Positions 1 through 10,224 of a stretch of 64,000 nucleotides of DNA are shown one piece after another. The first letter of the stretch is position 1. Every line of letters begins with the position of its first letter. The position numbers and the translations under genes were made by a program. Under the pieces are notes generated by a model. That model saw only the letters and a list, made by a program, of their open reading frames with translations, was not told the DNA's origin and did not search any database. The stretch is from assembly GCA_044370415.1 (NCBI GenBank), contig JBILVO010000004.1, positions 3,467-67,466 on the forward strand, written 5' to 3'. Source of the DNA: Pirellulales bacterium (GTDB taxonomy: Bacteria; Planctomycetota; Planctomycetia; Pirellulales; UBA1268).

Positions 1-149
1 GCCAGGATCTCGGCGATCCGCGCGCCGTTCTCGCGGGCCTCGTTCACCAGCGCCCACCGCGCCGCGAACGTCTGCAGGAGGGTGTTGACGAGCACCGCAG
101 CCAGCACGAGCAGGGCGGCGGCGAGGGCGATCCGCGAGCGCAGGGACAT
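1..149 (-). CDS. Partial (runs off window) membrane-anchored protein, possibly a sensor/signalling protein
   Basis: ATG at 149 preceded by GGAG; reads MSLRSRIALAAALLVLAAVLVNTLLQTFAARWALVNEARENGARIAEILA, an N-terminal TM helix like those of sensor proteins; not in the ORF track. Confidence 0.5.
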   Translation of the reverse strand, partial: MSLRSRIALAAALLVLAAVLVNTLLQTFAARWALVNEARENGARIAEIL

Positions 150-292
150 GGAGTGGCTCCGCGGGCGCGTGGCACCGACCCGCAGCAGCAAGGCTAGTGT
201 GCGGCCGGAGCCGCCGCCAGTTTCCGGGATGACGGCGCCGATCGCGGCATCCCCGCCGTCACGACCGCGCCAACCGGCCTCCCGCTCCCCAC

Positions 293-378
293 TGGCCGAG
301 GCGGGGGTCGAACCCGCACGGAGATTGCTCTCCACAGGATTTTAAGTCCCGTGCGTCTGCCTGTTTCGCCACTCGGCC
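293..378 (-). tRNA. tRNA-Leu(TAA)
   Basis: Acceptor stem GGCCGAG/CTCGGCC + discriminator A, D arm TGGCGAAACAGGCAGACGC, anticodon arm CGGGA-CTTAAAA-TCCTG, long variable arm GGAGAGCAATCTCC, T loop GGTTCGAC; CCA not encoded. Confidence 0.95.
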
Positions 379-413
379 GCCGCCGGGCCCGGGCCACCGG
401 TCGTGATCTGGCG

Positions 414-443
414 ATCGTATCGCCGGCCCGACGAACGCTGCAA
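414..443 (-). promoter_or_regulatory. Putative sigma70 promoter for tRNA-Leu
   Basis: TTGCAG-18 nt-TACGAT on minus strand about 35 nt upstream of the tRNA 5' end. Confidence 0.4.
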
Positions 444-597
444 ATGAGGCACCCCACCGCTGGCGCAGGGGCGAAGCGGCTACAATTCGGTCTGCTCTGC
501 GGCCGCCGGCCGCCAAGCGTCTGGCGTCAGGCGTCGGCGCGATCCCCGGCCGCTCCGTCGTGTTCCTCCTGCCCCACATTCCCGCACCGGAAAGACC

Positions 598-1107
598 GTG
601 CCCCCATCGACACCCTCCGCCGTCGCCTTGCCGGGCATCGACGGCTTCCTCGGCTCGCGGGCCTCGTTCGGAATGGACCTCGTGCTGGTGGTGCTGATCG
701 CCCTCCTGCCAGTGCTCGCCTGGAGCATCTATCTGGTGAGCCGGCGGCGGAACTACGCGGCACACCGTCGGCTGCAGATCTTCGTCGCCGTGGCGCTGCT
801 CGCAGCCATCGTGGTGTTCGAGGTCGACATCCGGCTGTTGAGCGATTGGAGGCTCCGCGCGGCCCCGAGCCCCTGGTGGCCCGCCGGCGTCCTGACGGCA
901 CTCGGCATCCACCTGGTGTTCGCCGTGTCGTCGCTCGCGCTCTGGGCGTGGGTGCTGTGGGAGGCGGTGAAACGGTTCCCCGTGCCCCCCGCGCCGGGCA
1001 CCCACGGGCCGCGACACCGGCGGATGGCCCGCCTCGCTGCCGCCGATCTGGTGCTCACCGCCGTGACCGGCAGCGTCTTCTACTGGCTGGCCTTTGTCGC
1101 CACCTGA
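598..1107 (+). CDS. DUF420 family membrane protein
   Basis: 4 hydrophobic segments, GFLGSRASFGMDLV start, HRRLQ and HRRMARL motifs; 3' end overlaps convergent tatC. Confidence 0.78.
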   Translation: MPPSTPSAVALPGIDGFLGSRASFGMDLVLVVLIALLPVLAWSIYLVSRRRNYAAHRRLQIFVAVALLAAIVVFEVDIRLLSDWRLRAAPSPWWPAGVLTALGIHLVFAVSSLALWAWVLWEAVKRFPVPPAPGTHGPRHRRMARLAAADLVLTAVTGSVFYWLAFVAT

Positions 1108-2201
1108 CGGCCGTCGGTCGCCGCAACCCAGCGGCAGATCGCCAGCCCGCCGAAGTAGAGCAGGCACAGCGGGATCGCCAGGAAGAGCAGGCTGTAGGGA
1201 TCGGCGGGCGTAAGAATGGCCGACACGACGAAGATCACGATCACTGCGATCCGCCACTGGGCGGCGTAGGTCGCCGCGTCGAAGATGCCGATCCGCTCGA
1301 GGAACAGCATCACCAGCGGCAGCTGAAAGCCCAGGCCGAAGCCGATCGGCAGGATGAGCACGAACCCCAGCCACTCGCTGATCCGCGGATCGGGATCGAG
1401 GCCGAGCCACTCGTTGAACTCGAGCAGGTAGTCGAGCACGAAATCGAAGACGAAGAAGAATGCCAGGGCCACGCCCGCGAGGAACAGGCCCACGCTGATC
1501 GGCAGGAAGACCCAGACCCACCGCTTCTCGTGCGTGTAGAGACCGGCGGCCACGAACGTCCAGAGCTGGTAGAAGATCCAGGGGCTGGCCAGCACCACGC
1601 CGGTGAGCAGCGCCGCCTTCACGTAGATGCCGAACGCCTCCTGGGCGCTCAGGGTCGTGATGCTGACCCGCGGATCGCGGGTCAGCGGCTGCCACAGGAG
1701 CATCGGCACGAGCGCGTCGAGCGCGAATGCGGGATTCCCCTCCTGGGGCCCGGCGGCGGCCGGGTTGGCCCTGCCCGGCGCGGCGGCCGGGCCTGCCTCG
1801 CCCAACGCGGCAGCCGGGCCTGGACCGCCCGGCGCGGAGGCCGGGCCGAGCACCATCCGCAGTCGGTCGGGATGCACCTCGCGCAGCTCGAACGACATTC
1901 CATGCCGCTCGACGGCGTCGACGATCTCGTCTCGGGAATAGGGGAGGGGGGGCCCGCCGGCCAGACGCGGCTGCCAGGTGTCGAACGTCTCGATCGCCCG
2001 TTCGGAGTAGTACTTTCCCAGAGCGCGGCGCAGGGGCTGCTCAATCAGGTGCACGACCGGCCGGGCCACGAAGAATCCCACCAGCACCGCCAGCAGCAGC
2101 CCGATCGCCGCCCGGATCAGGCAGACCCGCAGCTCTTCGAGGTGCTCGCCGAAGGTCATCGTCGAGCTCTGAAACAGGTCCTCGTCCGACGTTCGCGGCA
2201 T
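1080..2201 (-). CDS. tatC: Twin-arginine translocase subunit TatC with long loop-1 insertion
   Basis: MTFGEHLEELR, EAFGIYVK, PWIFYQLWTFVAAGLYTHEKR, GFQLPLV, SAILTPADPYS motifs. Confidence 0.95.
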   Translation of the reverse strand: MPRTSDEDLFQSSTMTFGEHLEELRVCLIRAAIGLLLAVLVGFFVARPVVHLIEQPLRRALGKYYSERAIETFDTWQPRLAGGPPLPYSRDEIVDAVERHGMSFELREVHPDRLRMVLGPASAPGGPGPAAALGEAGPAAAPGRANPAAAGPQEGNPAFALDALVPMLLWQPLTRDPRVSITTLSAQEAFGIYVKAALLTGVVLASPWIFYQLWTFVAAGLYTHEKRWVWVFLPISVGLFLAGVALAFFFVFDFVLDYLLEFNEWLGLDPDPRISEWLGFVLILPIGFGLGFQLPLVMLFLERIGIFDAATYAAQWRIAVIVIFVVSAILTPADPYSLLFLAIPLCLLYFGGLAICRWVAATDGRQVATKASQ

Positions 2202-2311
2202 GATGGCTCGATCCGCCTGTCGGCCGGCGTGGCCGATGGGCGTGCTCGTGATGTTTCGTCAAGAATGTGGCGGTCGAAGCCGCTCACTGCAGCTCCGGGA
2301 TCGGCCGTGTG

Positions 2312-2341
2312 ATGACCGCCGACCGCCCCCCGACTTATACT
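2312..2341 (+). promoter_or_regulatory. Putative sigma70 promoter for the PQQ-repeat/MoxR cluster
   Basis: ATGACC-18 nt-TATACT upstream of ATG 2384. Confidence 0.4.
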
Positions 2342-2383
2342 CCAAAAACGGCTTCTCTGCCGGGAAAAGACGCCGCTTCTCGG

Positions 2384-4105
2384 ATGGTGCCCATGCCGGT
2401 CGCACTCCGCCGATTCCGCACCACCGTCGCCACCGCGATCACCGGCACGGCCCGTCGTGAGCTGCGTCCGCTGTGGGGTCCTGGGTCGCTGGCTGCCGGA
2501 CTGACTGTCGCACTGACTGTCGGATTGGCCGCCGCGGTCTTCACCTGCCGGGCTTCCAATGCCGGCGATGCGGCGGCGTCGCCGCCGGCTGCGAGACGGC
2601 TGCTCGCCGCGGGGGAGGTGGCCGCGGAGCGCGGCTGGCTCGCCACGGCCCGCGACCACTGGCAGGCCGCGGCCGAAGCCGCGGAGCGGGACGGCGACTC
2701 GGCAACACGGGCGCAGGCTGTCGCCCACATGACGACGCTCGACGCCGTCGCCCGTGAAGCGGCAGCGGACCATCTCCGCGATGCCAACCGCGACGAGGCC
2801 GTTTCGTCCGCGACCGACTGGCGACCCGCGTGGCGCATGGCGGCCGCAGGGTGGTCGGCCGCGGCGGGACCGCCGACGGTCGGGGGCGGGCTCGTCGCCT
2901 GGAGCGACGGGCGGGCCGTCCACGCCGTGGCGTTCGCCGACGGCACGGCGGCCTGGCCTGTCGGAGCCCCCGATGACACGCTCGTGTTCCCCCGCGACGT
3001 CACCTCCTTCGCCGGCATCGGCCGCGGACCCGACGCGTTCTCCGGCGCACCGAGCCCCGTGGTGCTCGCCACGTCAGGCCGCGGCTTCGTGGTGCTCGAC
3101 CGTGGCCGCGACGGCGATCGGCTCGTCTGCCTCGATCTCTCGGACCGGGCGCAGGGCCGGCTCGCATGGTCGACGCGCGCGGCCGACCTGCCGCGCGCCG
3201 CGTCTCCAGCCGCGCCACGATCCCGGGCGACGTTCGCCGGGCCGCCGGCGGTCGACGACGACCTCTGCGCCATCGTGCTCCGGACCGACGACGGCCGTGG
3301 CAGCCTGACGCTCGCCGTGTACGACGCCCGTGACGGCAGCCTGCGTTGGTCGCACGATCTGGGTCCCTCGAACGCCGAGGAGGGAATCGACGGGCCGCGG
3401 GACTGCCGCCGGCCCTGCCTCGCCGAGGATCGGATCGTGGTCGACACACTCGCCGGCACGGTGCGTGCGTTCGACCGGGATGGCGCGGCGATCTGGAAGG
3501 CGGCAACACCCCCGATGGCCAACGGCAGCGGAGCCTCCCGCTGCGGTCCCTCCGCGATCTTCGCCGCGGGCCGGCTCATGTGCTGCGCCGCGGACGGCTC
3601 CGCGATCAGCGCGATCGAGCCGCGGCGCGGCGGCCCGATCTGGAGGTGGCAGGCCGACGACGCGCGGGTGGTGGCGATGCTGGGCACGGCCGACGCCGGG
3701 CTCCTGATCGCGACACAGCGAGAGGCGGACGGCGCCGGCGCGACCACGCTGCGGCGGCTGTCGCTCGACGACGGCCGCCAGACGGCGGCATGGACGATGG
3801 ACGGGACGGCCGTGGGCCGGGGAACGCTGGCGGGTGGCACCGTGTTCTGGCCTGTCGGATCGAGCACGCCGTCCGGTGATGTCACCCTGTACATCGAACT
3901 GCTCGATGCAGGCACGCTCGAGCGCCGTCGGCCGCCGATCGACTGCGGGCCGGCGCCGCGGACCGTCCGCGGCGTCCCACCCGGCGACCACCCCGAGCCC
4001 ACCCTGCGGCTCACGGTCGCGGACGGCAGCATCGTGCTCGCCGACGACGCTCTCACCTGCCTGCGGCCCGCATCCGATCACAGCCACGACGCCCCCTCCC
4101 GGTGA
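2384..4105 (+). CDS. PQQ-like beta-propeller repeat protein (start uncertain)
   Basis: N-terminal hydrophobic segment; repeated propeller blades LVCLDLSDRAQGRLAW, AVYDARDGSLRW, AFDRDGAAIW, AIEPRRGGPIW, LSLDDGRQTAAW. Confidence 0.65.
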   Translation: MVPMPVALRRFRTTVATAITGTARRELRPLWGPGSLAAGLTVALTVGLAAAVFTCRASNAGDAAASPPAARRLLAAGEVAAERGWLATARDHWQAAAEAAERDGDSATRAQAVAHMTTLDAVAREAAADHLRDANRDEAVSSATDWRPAWRMAAAGWSAAAGPPTVGGGLVAWSDGRAVHAVAFADGTAAWPVGAPDDTLVFPRDVTSFAGIGRGPDAFSGAPSPVVLATSGRGFVVLDRGRDGDRLVCLDLSDRAQGRLAWSTRAADLPRAASPAAPRSRATFAGPPAVDDDLCAIVLRTDDGRGSLTLAVYDARDGSLRWSHDLGPSNAEEGIDGPRDCRRPCLAEDRIVVDTLAGTVRAFDRDGAAIWKAATPPMANGSGASRCGPSAIFAAGRLMCCAADGSAISAIEPRRGGPIWRWQADDARVVAMLGTADAGLLIATQREADGAGATTLRRLSLDDGRQTAAWTMDGTAVGRGTLAGGTVFWPVGSSTPSGDVTLYIELLDAGTLERRRPPIDCGPAPRTVRGVPPGDHPEPTLRLTVADGSIVLADDALTCLRPASDHSHDAPSR

Positions 4106-4112
4106 TGCTCCC

Positions 4113-5156
4113 ATGCCAGATTCCCCGCCATCCGCCCCCGCAGCGCTCCGCCAGGCGGCCGACTTCCGCGATCGCGTCCGCGACGCACTCGCGCCGCTCA
4201 TCGTCGGGCAGCGGGACGTGATCGACGACCTGCTCGTCGCCGCGGCCTGCGGCGGCCACTGCCTGCTCGAGGGCGTGCCCGGGCTCGCCAAGACGCTGCT
4301 CGTCAAGTCGCTGGCGCGGGCGCTGTCGCTCGACTTCGGCAGAATCCAGTTCACTCCCGACCTCATGCCCGCTGACATCACCGGCACCGAGGTGCTCGAC
4401 GAGGATCCGGCCGACGGCCGCCGGCGGCCGCGGTTCATTCCCGGCCCGATCTTCCGCAACCTCATCCTGGCGGACGAGATCAACCGCGCGCCGCCGAAGA
4501 CGCAGTCCGCCCTGCTCGAAGCGATGCAGGAGGGGCACGTCACCGCCGGCGGCGCGTCCCACGAGCTGCCACGGCCATTCCTCGTGCTCGCCACGCGCAA
4601 CCCGATCGACCAGGAGGGCACCTACCCGCTTCCCGAGGGCCAACTCGATCGCTTCATGTTCCTCGTGGCGGTCGACTACCCCGACGGCGACGAGGAGCTG
4701 GAGATCGTCCGTCGCACCACGTCCCCGGACGCGCCGACGGTCGCCGCGGTGGCCGATCGCGGCACGCTCGCAGCGGTGTCGGCCACCGTCAGGGCGATCC
4801 CGGTGGCGGACCATGTCTTGCGGAAGGCGGTCGGCCTCGTGCGGGCGACGAGGCCGGGGTGTGCCGAGTCGCCCGAATGGCTGCGGCGGCTCGTCCGCTA
4901 CGGCGCGGGCCCGCGGGCCGCGCAGTTCCTGGTGCTGGCGGCGAAGGCGTCCGCCGCGCTCGACGGCCGCCCATGTGCGGAGGTCCGCGATGTCCAAAGG
5001 GCCGCCACCGCGGTGCTCCGTCACAGGCTCGTCACCACGTTCGAGGCGGAGAGCGAGGGAATCCGTCCCGACGCGATCGTCGCCAGGATGCTCGGCGAGG
5101 ACCCCGGCTGGCGAGCACCGTCTCCACCGCAACGGCCCGGCCCGGGGAACCGCTGA
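4113..5156 (+). CDS. moxR: MoxR-family AAA+ ATPase
   Basis: Walker A GVPGLAKT, RIQFTPDLMPADITG, Walker B ILADEINRAPPKTQSALLEAMQE, NPIDQEGTYPLPEGQLDRF. Confidence 0.93.
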   Translation: MPDSPPSAPAALRQAADFRDRVRDALAPLIVGQRDVIDDLLVAAACGGHCLLEGVPGLAKTLLVKSLARALSLDFGRIQFTPDLMPADITGTEVLDEDPADGRRRPRFIPGPIFRNLILADEINRAPPKTQSALLEAMQEGHVTAGGASHELPRPFLVLATRNPIDQEGTYPLPEGQLDRFMFLVAVDYPDGDEELEIVRRTTSPDAPTVAAVADRGTLAAVSATVRAIPVADHVLRKAVGLVRATRPGCAESPEWLRRLVRYGAGPRAAQFLVLAAKASAALDGRPCAEVRDVQRAATAVLRHRLVTTFEAESEGIRPDAIVARMLGEDPGWRAPSPPQRPGPGNR

Positions 5157-8100
5157 TGGGCCTGGGCCTCTCGTTGCCGTGGATGCTCTGCTGGCTGGCG
5201 ACGGCGACCATCCCGCTCGTGCTGGCCCGCCATGCGCTGCGTCGGCCGCGACTGGTCCGCTGGGGACCGACCGACCTGCTGGCCGCAGCCGCGCGTTCGA
5301 GCCATCTCACCCGCGGCGGCCTCCCGTGGCTGCTCCTGCTCGGCCGCGGACTCGTGCTGGCAGCGGCGGCGGCTGCCGCCGCCCGGCCATTCCTGGCGGC
5401 ACCCGCGGCCGGCACGCGAGAGCTCCACGACGGTGCGGCTCCGCACGCCACTGCCACCGACGGCGGCCGCAGGATCGTGATCCTGACGAGCTCCCAGACC
5501 GCCCCCCCCCAGACCGCCCGCCCGTGGGTCGGCGCAACGCTGCCGGCGCTCGCCGCCGCCGTCGAGTCGCTGGCGGCCGCGCCGGGAGCCGCACCAGGCA
5601 CCGGCTCGGGCCCGCGGCCGGAGGTCGTGAAGCTCGATCCGGCCGAACTGCACCTGCTGCCCTCCGCGGAACGTTCGCTCTTGGTGCTCGGCGATCAACC
5701 GCCCCCCACTCCATCCGACGCCCGCCGGCTCGCCGCCGCGGTCGCGGCGGGCGACAGCCTCCTCGTCTGTCTCGGCCCGCAGTCTGTCGGCGACGAGGAT
5801 GCCCGGCGGCGAACGTCGGCATGGCTCGAGGAGATGGCTGGCATCACGGTCGACGGCCGCGTGTCGCTTGCGGACTCGTGCATCGACGTGGCTGACGGGC
5901 TGGCCACCGAACCCCGCACCGATGCCGGCCCTTCGGCGCCGACCGGAGCGGACGGATTCGCGACGCTGCCCGGCCCGCGCGTGCTGGCGGCGGCGGCCCT
6001 CGGCGGCCGACCGGCGACGATCCTCGCCCGTGCGGCGCCCGTGCCGCTGCCGCTGGTCGTCGAGGCCCGTCACGGCCTCGGCACGATCTGCGTGTCGGCG
6101 CTGCCGATGTCGCTGCCGGCGACCGGGTGGGCCGACGACGCCTGGAGCGACATCGCCGCCTGGCCCGCCTTCGTGCCGTTCGTCGATCGCCTCGTCTCGC
6201 GGCTGCTCGACGCGGCCGCGCCGAAAGCCCCGTCCGACGCCGCCCGCTCCACGGCCGCGATCCTGCCGCTGGCACCCGCGTTGATCGCCGTCGCCAGCGC
6301 CGCGCTGCTGGCCGACTGGTGGCTGTCGCGCCGCATGGCCGGGGCCGCGATGGACCGGCCAGCGACGCTGCCGACGCTCGGCCGCGTTGTGGCGCTGGCG
6401 ATCCTGGTGACGATGGCGGCGGCCTGGGCACGGCTGCCAGCGGCCACGGCGACACTGGCAACACGGCGGCCCATCGCGTTCGTCGTCGACACGTCGCCGA
6501 GCATGGGAACCGTGATGACGGGCACTGCCGGGCCTACGAGACTGGCCGAGTTGCTCGCGGCGCTGGCGAACCCCGTCGACGGCACCGGTCCCCTCGACCG
6601 CATCGCCGGCGACCGCCCGGTCGAGCTGTTCACGGCAGCGACACGGCTCACGCCCATCGGCACGTATCCGCCCGCCGCCGCTGCCGCCGCGTTGCACGAA
6701 CTCGCACCCTCGCCGGCCGCCGCTGCCTCCAGCCGCATCGGCGACGCCGTCGAGTCGCTGCTGACCACCGCGGACGGCACAGGCGGAGCCCACGACCGAC
6801 TGCCGGCCGCGATCATCATCGCCAGCGATGGCGCGATCACCGCCGGCCACTCGTGGGCGACGGCCGCCCGCACGGCGACAGGCCGCGGCGTGCCGCTCGT
6901 GGCGATTCCCGTGGCCGGCGCGGGCGCTGCCACAGGCTCGCTGCCCCCGGGGTTTCGCATCACGCTGCTCGAGCCGCCGCGGCTGTGCCACGCGGCGGAA
7001 CCGTTCGCGATCGACGTCCACGCCGAGGCGACGGCGGCGGACGGGCCGCTCGAGGTCGTGCTCGCCGCCGCGGAAGCAGGCCGGGTGCTCGCGCGAGGCA
7101 TGCTCACTCCCGAGCCGGCGGCGGACGGCATGTTCGTCCGCTTCACCGGCCGGCTCACCGTGCCGGCGGGGTTCGGCGCCGCGGGCTCGGGGCTGGCGTC
7201 GCCCGTCGTGCTCGTCGGCCGCCCCGGAGCCGCGGCGACGCCGCTGGCGACATGCCCGCTGGCGGTGACCGACGCGCCGATCCGCGTGCTCCTGATCGAA
7301 GCGGCGCCGCGATTCGAGCACCGCTTCCTCTCCCGCCTCCTCGCCCGGGACGCGGCGTTCGCGGTGGAGACGTGCCTGCTCGACCCGCGGCCTGCGGGCG
7401 TCGTCGCGACGGCGGCGTTGCCGCGATCGACGGCCGAGTGGAACCGCTACGACGTCGTGGTCCTCGGGGACGTGGCCGCCGACGCTGCCACCGACTCCGC
7501 CGCCGCTCGTGCCGACGCGTGGCGCAGTCTGCGGGAGGCCGCCGCCGCGGACGGCATCGGCATCGCCTGGATTCCCGGTAGCCGCTGGTGGACCGATCCC
7601 GACCCGGGACTCGCCTGGCTGCCCGCGGTGCCCGGAGGCATGGCGTCGTCCTCCGCGCCGTGTCGCCTCCGGCCCGTGTCGGCGGGCCGCGCCGACGCCT
7701 GGCTGCCGTCGACCGCGGGGCGGCTGGCCGCAGCATCGGGCGGCGACGATGCCTTCGAGCCTGAGATCTTCCGGGGGCTGCGGGCAGCCGCGCTGCGGCC
7801 GACTGCCAGGATCATCGCATCGTGCCTTCCGGTCGACGGCCCACGGCCGGAGCCCGCCACGGCTGCCGCGATCGTCGTCGACAGGATCGGTGCGGCCACC
7901 ATCCTCGGGCACCTCTGCGAGACCTGGCGGTGGCAGCGCGACGATCCGCAGGCCTACGCCGCGTACTGGCGGCGGAATCTGCTGCGGCTGGCCGGGCCAC
8001 ACCAGCTCGACAGGCTGTTCCCCGCGACGGTCCGGGTGCATCCGGCCGCGCCGGTCACCGGGGAGCCAGTGCGGCTCGAGATCGTGCCCAGCCGGACCGC

Positions 8101-8596
8101 CGCGCCGCTCGCCGGCTGGCAGGTGGAGGTGGTGGCACGCGGTGCCGATCCGCCGGACGGAATGCGTCGCATCCCGCTGTCCGCCGCAGGCCTCGGTGGC
8201 GTGACGACGGTCGCGATCGACGGCCTCGCAGCCGGGCTGCACACCGCGCGGCTCGTGCCTCCCGCGGACACACCGTCAGCGGCCCCCGCGGCGATCGACC
8301 TCGTCGTGACCGATCCACCCGCCGAAATGCCGGACGGAGCCGCTGCCGTCACGGCGTTCGCGGCAGCGGCACGGGCCAGCGGCGGCGCAGTCGTGCGGCT
8401 CGACGCGATCACGTCGCTGGCGGAGACGCTCGCCGCGATCGATTCGCGGGCTGAAGCCGCCGCGGTGCATGCGGCAGGTCGGGCCGATCGACCGGGCCGG
8501 CTGTCGTCGCGTGGCCTGGCACATCTCCTGCTGGCGGCGCTCGTCGCCGTCACCACGGCCGCATGGTGGCAGCCGCGCCGGGGAGCGACGCCATGA
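5156..8596 (+). CDS. BatA-like N-terminus + vWA + glutamine-amidotransferase-like fusion membrane protein (divergent)
   Basis: BatA-type start (PWMLCWLATATIPLVLARHALRRPRLVRWG), MIDAS VVDTSPSMG and IASDG, IRVLLIEAAPRFEHRFLSRLL and YDVVVLGDV, C-terminal TM; TGATG coupling to moxR. Confidence 0.72.
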   Translation: MGLGLSLPWMLCWLATATIPLVLARHALRRPRLVRWGPTDLLAAAARSSHLTRGGLPWLLLLGRGLVLAAAAAAAARPFLAAPAAGTRELHDGAAPHATATDGGRRIVILTSSQTAPPQTARPWVGATLPALAAAVESLAAAPGAAPGTGSGPRPEVVKLDPAELHLLPSAERSLLVLGDQPPPTPSDARRLAAAVAAGDSLLVCLGPQSVGDEDARRRTSAWLEEMAGITVDGRVSLADSCIDVADGLATEPRTDAGPSAPTGADGFATLPGPRVLAAAALGGRPATILARAAPVPLPLVVEARHGLGTICVSALPMSLPATGWADDAWSDIAAWPAFVPFVDRLVSRLLDAAAPKAPSDAARSTAAILPLAPALIAVASAALLADWWLSRRMAGAAMDRPATLPTLGRVVALAILVTMAAAWARLPAATATLATRRPIAFVVDTSPSMGTVMTGTAGPTRLAELLAALANPVDGTGPLDRIAGDRPVELFTAATRLTPIGTYPPAAAAAALHELAPSPAAAASSRIGDAVESLLTTADGTGGAHDRLPAAIIIASDGAITAGHSWATAARTATGRGVPLVAIPVAGAGAATGSLPPGFRITLLEPPRLCHAAEPFAIDVHAEATAADGPLEVVLAAAEAGRVLARGMLTPEPAADGMFVRFTGRLTVPAGFGAAGSGLASPVVLVGRPGAAATPLATCPLAVTDAPIRVLLIEAAPRFEHRFLSRLLARDAAFAVETCLLDPRPAGVVATAALPRSTAEWNRYDVVVLGDVAADAATDSAAARADAWRSLREAAAADGIGIAWIPGSRWWTDPDPGLAWLPAVPGGMASSSAPCRLRPVSAGRADAWLPSTAGRLAAASGGDDAFEPEIFRGLRAAALRPTARIIASCLPVDGPRPEPATAAAIVVDRIGAATILGHLCETWRWQRDDPQAYAAYWRRNLLRLAGPHQLDRLFPATVRVHPAAPVTGEPVRLEIVPSRTAAPLAGWQVEVVARGADPPDGMRRIPLSAAGLGGVTTVAIDGLAAGLHTARLVPPADTPSAAPAAIDLVVTDPPAEMPDGAAAVTAFAAAARASGGAVVRLDAITSLAETLAAIDSRAEAAAVHAAGRADRPGRLSSRGLAHLLLAALVAVTTAAWWQPRRGATP

Positions 8597-10224
8597 CGCC
8601 ACCGGAGACTTCCGCCGCCGGCCGCGGTGCCGACGAGCTGCGTCGATCGCTGGACCGTGCGGTGCGCGGCACGCGGGTGGGCCGACTGCTGGCGGCGTGC
8701 GGCTGCTGGCTCGCAGCCGCGAGCTGTCTCGTCGCGGCCCTCGCCACCATCGACATCTGCTCCGCCGGCAGGCTCGGCCTCCCCATCATGCCGGTGGCCG
8801 CCCGCGCCGCCGTCCTGCTCGTCGCCGCCGGCATCCCGGTGATCGCCTTCGTCCGCTGGCGACTCCTCCGCGACGGCTGGCCGGATCGCCTGGGGATCGC
8901 GGTCGCAACCGAGGCGCGACACCCCGTGCTCGGCGAAACGCTCTCCCGGGCGGTCGGGTTCGTGGACGAGCCCACGGACGCCGGCCGGCAAGGCGGCGCC
9001 GCCAAACCCTCCCCGGCGACGGTCGCACTGCAACGCCTGGCGATCGATCAGGCAGCCGACGCGGTCCGTCAGGTCGGCGGACCGGTGCTGCCGGGGCTCG
9101 GCGTCGACCTGCGGGCCGCGGCGGCGGGCGTTGCCACGGCCGTCGCGCTCTGGCTCTCGACGACGTGCCTGCCTGACCGCTGGGCCGCCGCCGTGCAGCG
9201 GCAGTGCATCGTGTCGGCCGACCGGGCCGCCACACCGGCGCCGCTGGCACCGCCGTCACCGGACCGCCCCGCGACCGCCGACAGCGCGGCCACGACGGCC
9301 CTGCCGGCCGACGTCCGGCGGGCGGCGGGACGGCTCGCGCTGGCGGCAGCGGTGGAGCGGCAGCTCGGCGACCTGCTCGCAGCGCGGTTCGCACAGGCAC
9401 CGGGCGTGCCGACGGCGGCGCTGCCGCGACAGCGGCGGCAGGATCTCGACGAGCTCGCCGCAATCCAGACAGACTGCTCACGGTCGATCGCCGCCGCCCG
9501 CAGCACGATCGCCGACAGCCGGCTGCAGCCGGCGGCGGCTCGGCATGACGACCGGCTGCTGGCCGCCATCGACCGGCTCGACGGCCCCGAGGTGGCCGAC
9601 GCAGACGCAGCCACCGCACACATCACCGCCAATCGGCTCCAGCTGGCGGCGACCGCGGCCGACCGGGCCGCGGAGGTGGTCGCCGAGGTCGCCGCGGAGC
9701 TGGGCGCGGCCCCCGTCGATGCGCCACGCGATCGACTCAGCGCGGAACGGGGTGCCGCACTCGGTGGGGATCTCGACGTCGATCCGGGCACGCAGCTCGA
9801 ATCCGATCGGCCGCTCGCACGCGCCGTGGCCACGATCGCACGGATCGCCGCCGATTCCGACCACTCCGCCACCGCTTCCGCACGCGTCCCTGCCGGTGGC
9901 AGCCGGCCGACATCCGCCACTGCGGGAACGAGCGGCTCCGCTGCGGCTGGCAGCGGGGGCACGACGACCGCCACGACAGATCCCTCCGGAGCGTCATCCT
10001 CCGCGGCGGCAGTGTCCGCCGAGATCAGCGCGACGGCCGAACAGTTGTCGCCGCTCGGCCGCGTCTGGAGCCGACTGCCGGCGACCGCGCGGTCGCAGAC
10101 CGCTCGCACGGCCCTGGAGTCGATGCCCCCGGCCTACCGGCCTGCGATCGACGCCTACTACCGGCTGCTGCTCCAATCGATGCCCGACCCGGTCCCCGAT
10201 CGCCCCGACGCACCATCACGATGA
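8593..10224 (+). CDS. Membrane-anchored helical hypothetical protein (DUF4175-like, degenerate)
   Basis: Three hydrophobic segments, helical Ala/Arg-rich body, C-terminal WSRLP...MPPAYRPAIDAYYRLL typical of such cluster proteins; ATGA overlap with upstream gene. Confidence 0.55.
   Translation: MTPPETSAAGRGADELRRSLDRAVRGTRVGRLLAACGCWLAAASCLVAALATIDICSAGRLGLPIMPVAARAAVLLVAAGIPVIAFVRWRLLRDGWPDRLGIAVATEARHPVLGETLSRAVGFVDEPTDAGRQGGAAKPSPATVALQRLAIDQAADAVRQVGGPVLPGLGVDLRAAAAGVATAVALWLSTTCLPDRWAAAVQRQCIVSADRAATPAPLAPPSPDRPATADSAATTALPADVRRAAGRLALAAAVERQLGDLLAARFAQAPGVPTAALPRQRRQDLDELAAIQTDCSRSIAAARSTIADSRLQPAAARHDDRLLAAIDRLDGPEVADADAATAHITANRLQLAATAADRAAEVVAEVAAELGAAPVDAPRDRLSAERGAALGGDLDVDPGTQLESDRPLARAVATIARIAADSDHSATASARVPAGGSRPTSATAGTSGSAAAGSGGTTTATTDPSGASSSAAAVSAEISATAEQLSPLGRVWSRLPATARSQTARTALESMPPAYRPAIDAYYRLLLQSMPDPVPDRPDAPSR

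Noticed and set aside
200-600. Prophage or island integrated at tRNA-Leu
   Set aside because: No integrase, no duplicated tRNA 3' end seen, and flanks have host-like composition
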